A DNA stretch of 62,308 nucleotides from a virus (lineage: Duplodnaviria; Caudoviricetes), in the IMG/VR virus record IMGVR_UViG_3300037797_000094, positions 1 to 62,308 of that record, one strand, 5' to 3'. Under the pieces are notes generated by a model. That model was given only the letters and a program-made list of their open reading frames with translations. It was not told the origin of the DNA and made no database searches. Positions within the stretch are counted from its first letter, which is position 1; each line of letters opens with the position of its first letter. A program made the translations under genes and the position numbers. This document shows, piece by piece, positions 62,074 to 62,308 of the stretch.

Positions 62074-62261
62074 GCGTCGCCGTCCTGACCGGCCGCCGCA
62101 TCGATGGCCGCCGTGGCCGCGTCGAGGTCCATCACGGACCCGCCGCGACCCTTGCTCGCCATCGCGGCCAGCACGGCCGCTGCCTGCGCCGGAGTGTAGC
62201 GGTGCGCCTTGTACGTGGTCCGCTGGCCGCCGAGTTCGGCGCTGATGTACTCCGGCAGCAC
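62070..62261 (-). CDS. Hypothetical protein (GC-rich)
   Basis: ORF coupled to 61876-62073; start uncertain. Confidence 0.45.
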   Translation of the reverse strand: MLPEYISAELGGQRTTYKAHRYTPAQAAAVLAAMASKGRGGSVMDLDAATAAIDAAAGQDGDA

Positions 62262-62308
62262 GTCGCGTGCGACCGACCGTACCCGCTTGTCGTTGACCGG
62301 CCGTCCGA

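Larger units (their letters stand above)
1..62308. mobile_element. Tailed dsDNA bacteriophage genome, apparently complete or near-complete, probably lytic
   Basis: Terminase, portal, capsid, tape measure, tail, lysis and replication modules all present in phage-like operons; no host housekeeping genes at the edges; no integrase recognised. Confidence 0.95.

Noticed and set aside
1-62308. Alternative genetic code or diversity-generating retroelement
   Set aside because: Genes tile densely under the standard code using all three stops; no reverse transcriptase or TR/VR pair seen, and the 33.1-33.5 kb duplication differs at all base types rather than only adenines

Overview
The window is an apparently complete or near-complete ~62 kb tailed dsDNA phage genome (siphovirus-like; no integrase seen). 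The left arm (minus strand, ~0.5-18.1 kb) holds small early genes plus a histone-like HTH protein, RuvB, an oligoribonuclease-like exonuclease, an RlpA-like secreted protein, a pyrimidine-dimer glycosylase, an ATP-dependent ligase and a RepB-type primase-helicase. The central plus-strand block (18.4-29 kb) carries an SNF2 helicase and a nucleotide-modification cassette: dNMP kinase, dimeric dUTPase/dCTPase, two thymidylate-synthase-fold paralogs with the dCMP-type Asp, and dCMP deaminase. It continues with a UDG-fused family A DNA polymerase, a PD-(D/E)XK nuclease, a Sak4-like ATPase, an SSB-like protein and VRR-NUC. The right arm (minus strand, 29-61.3 kb) holds terminase, portal, capsid, tail (with a -1 frameshift chaperone) and lysis genes. 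Three things stand out: (1) an unannotated Flp pilin plus a TadE-like pseudopilin inside the lysis cassette; (2) a probable modified-cytosine pathway built on a pair of TS-fold proteins; (3) a GT2-TPR-methyltransferase-GT4 fusion directly after the major capsid gene. All assignments come from motif recognition by eye; no database search was run.
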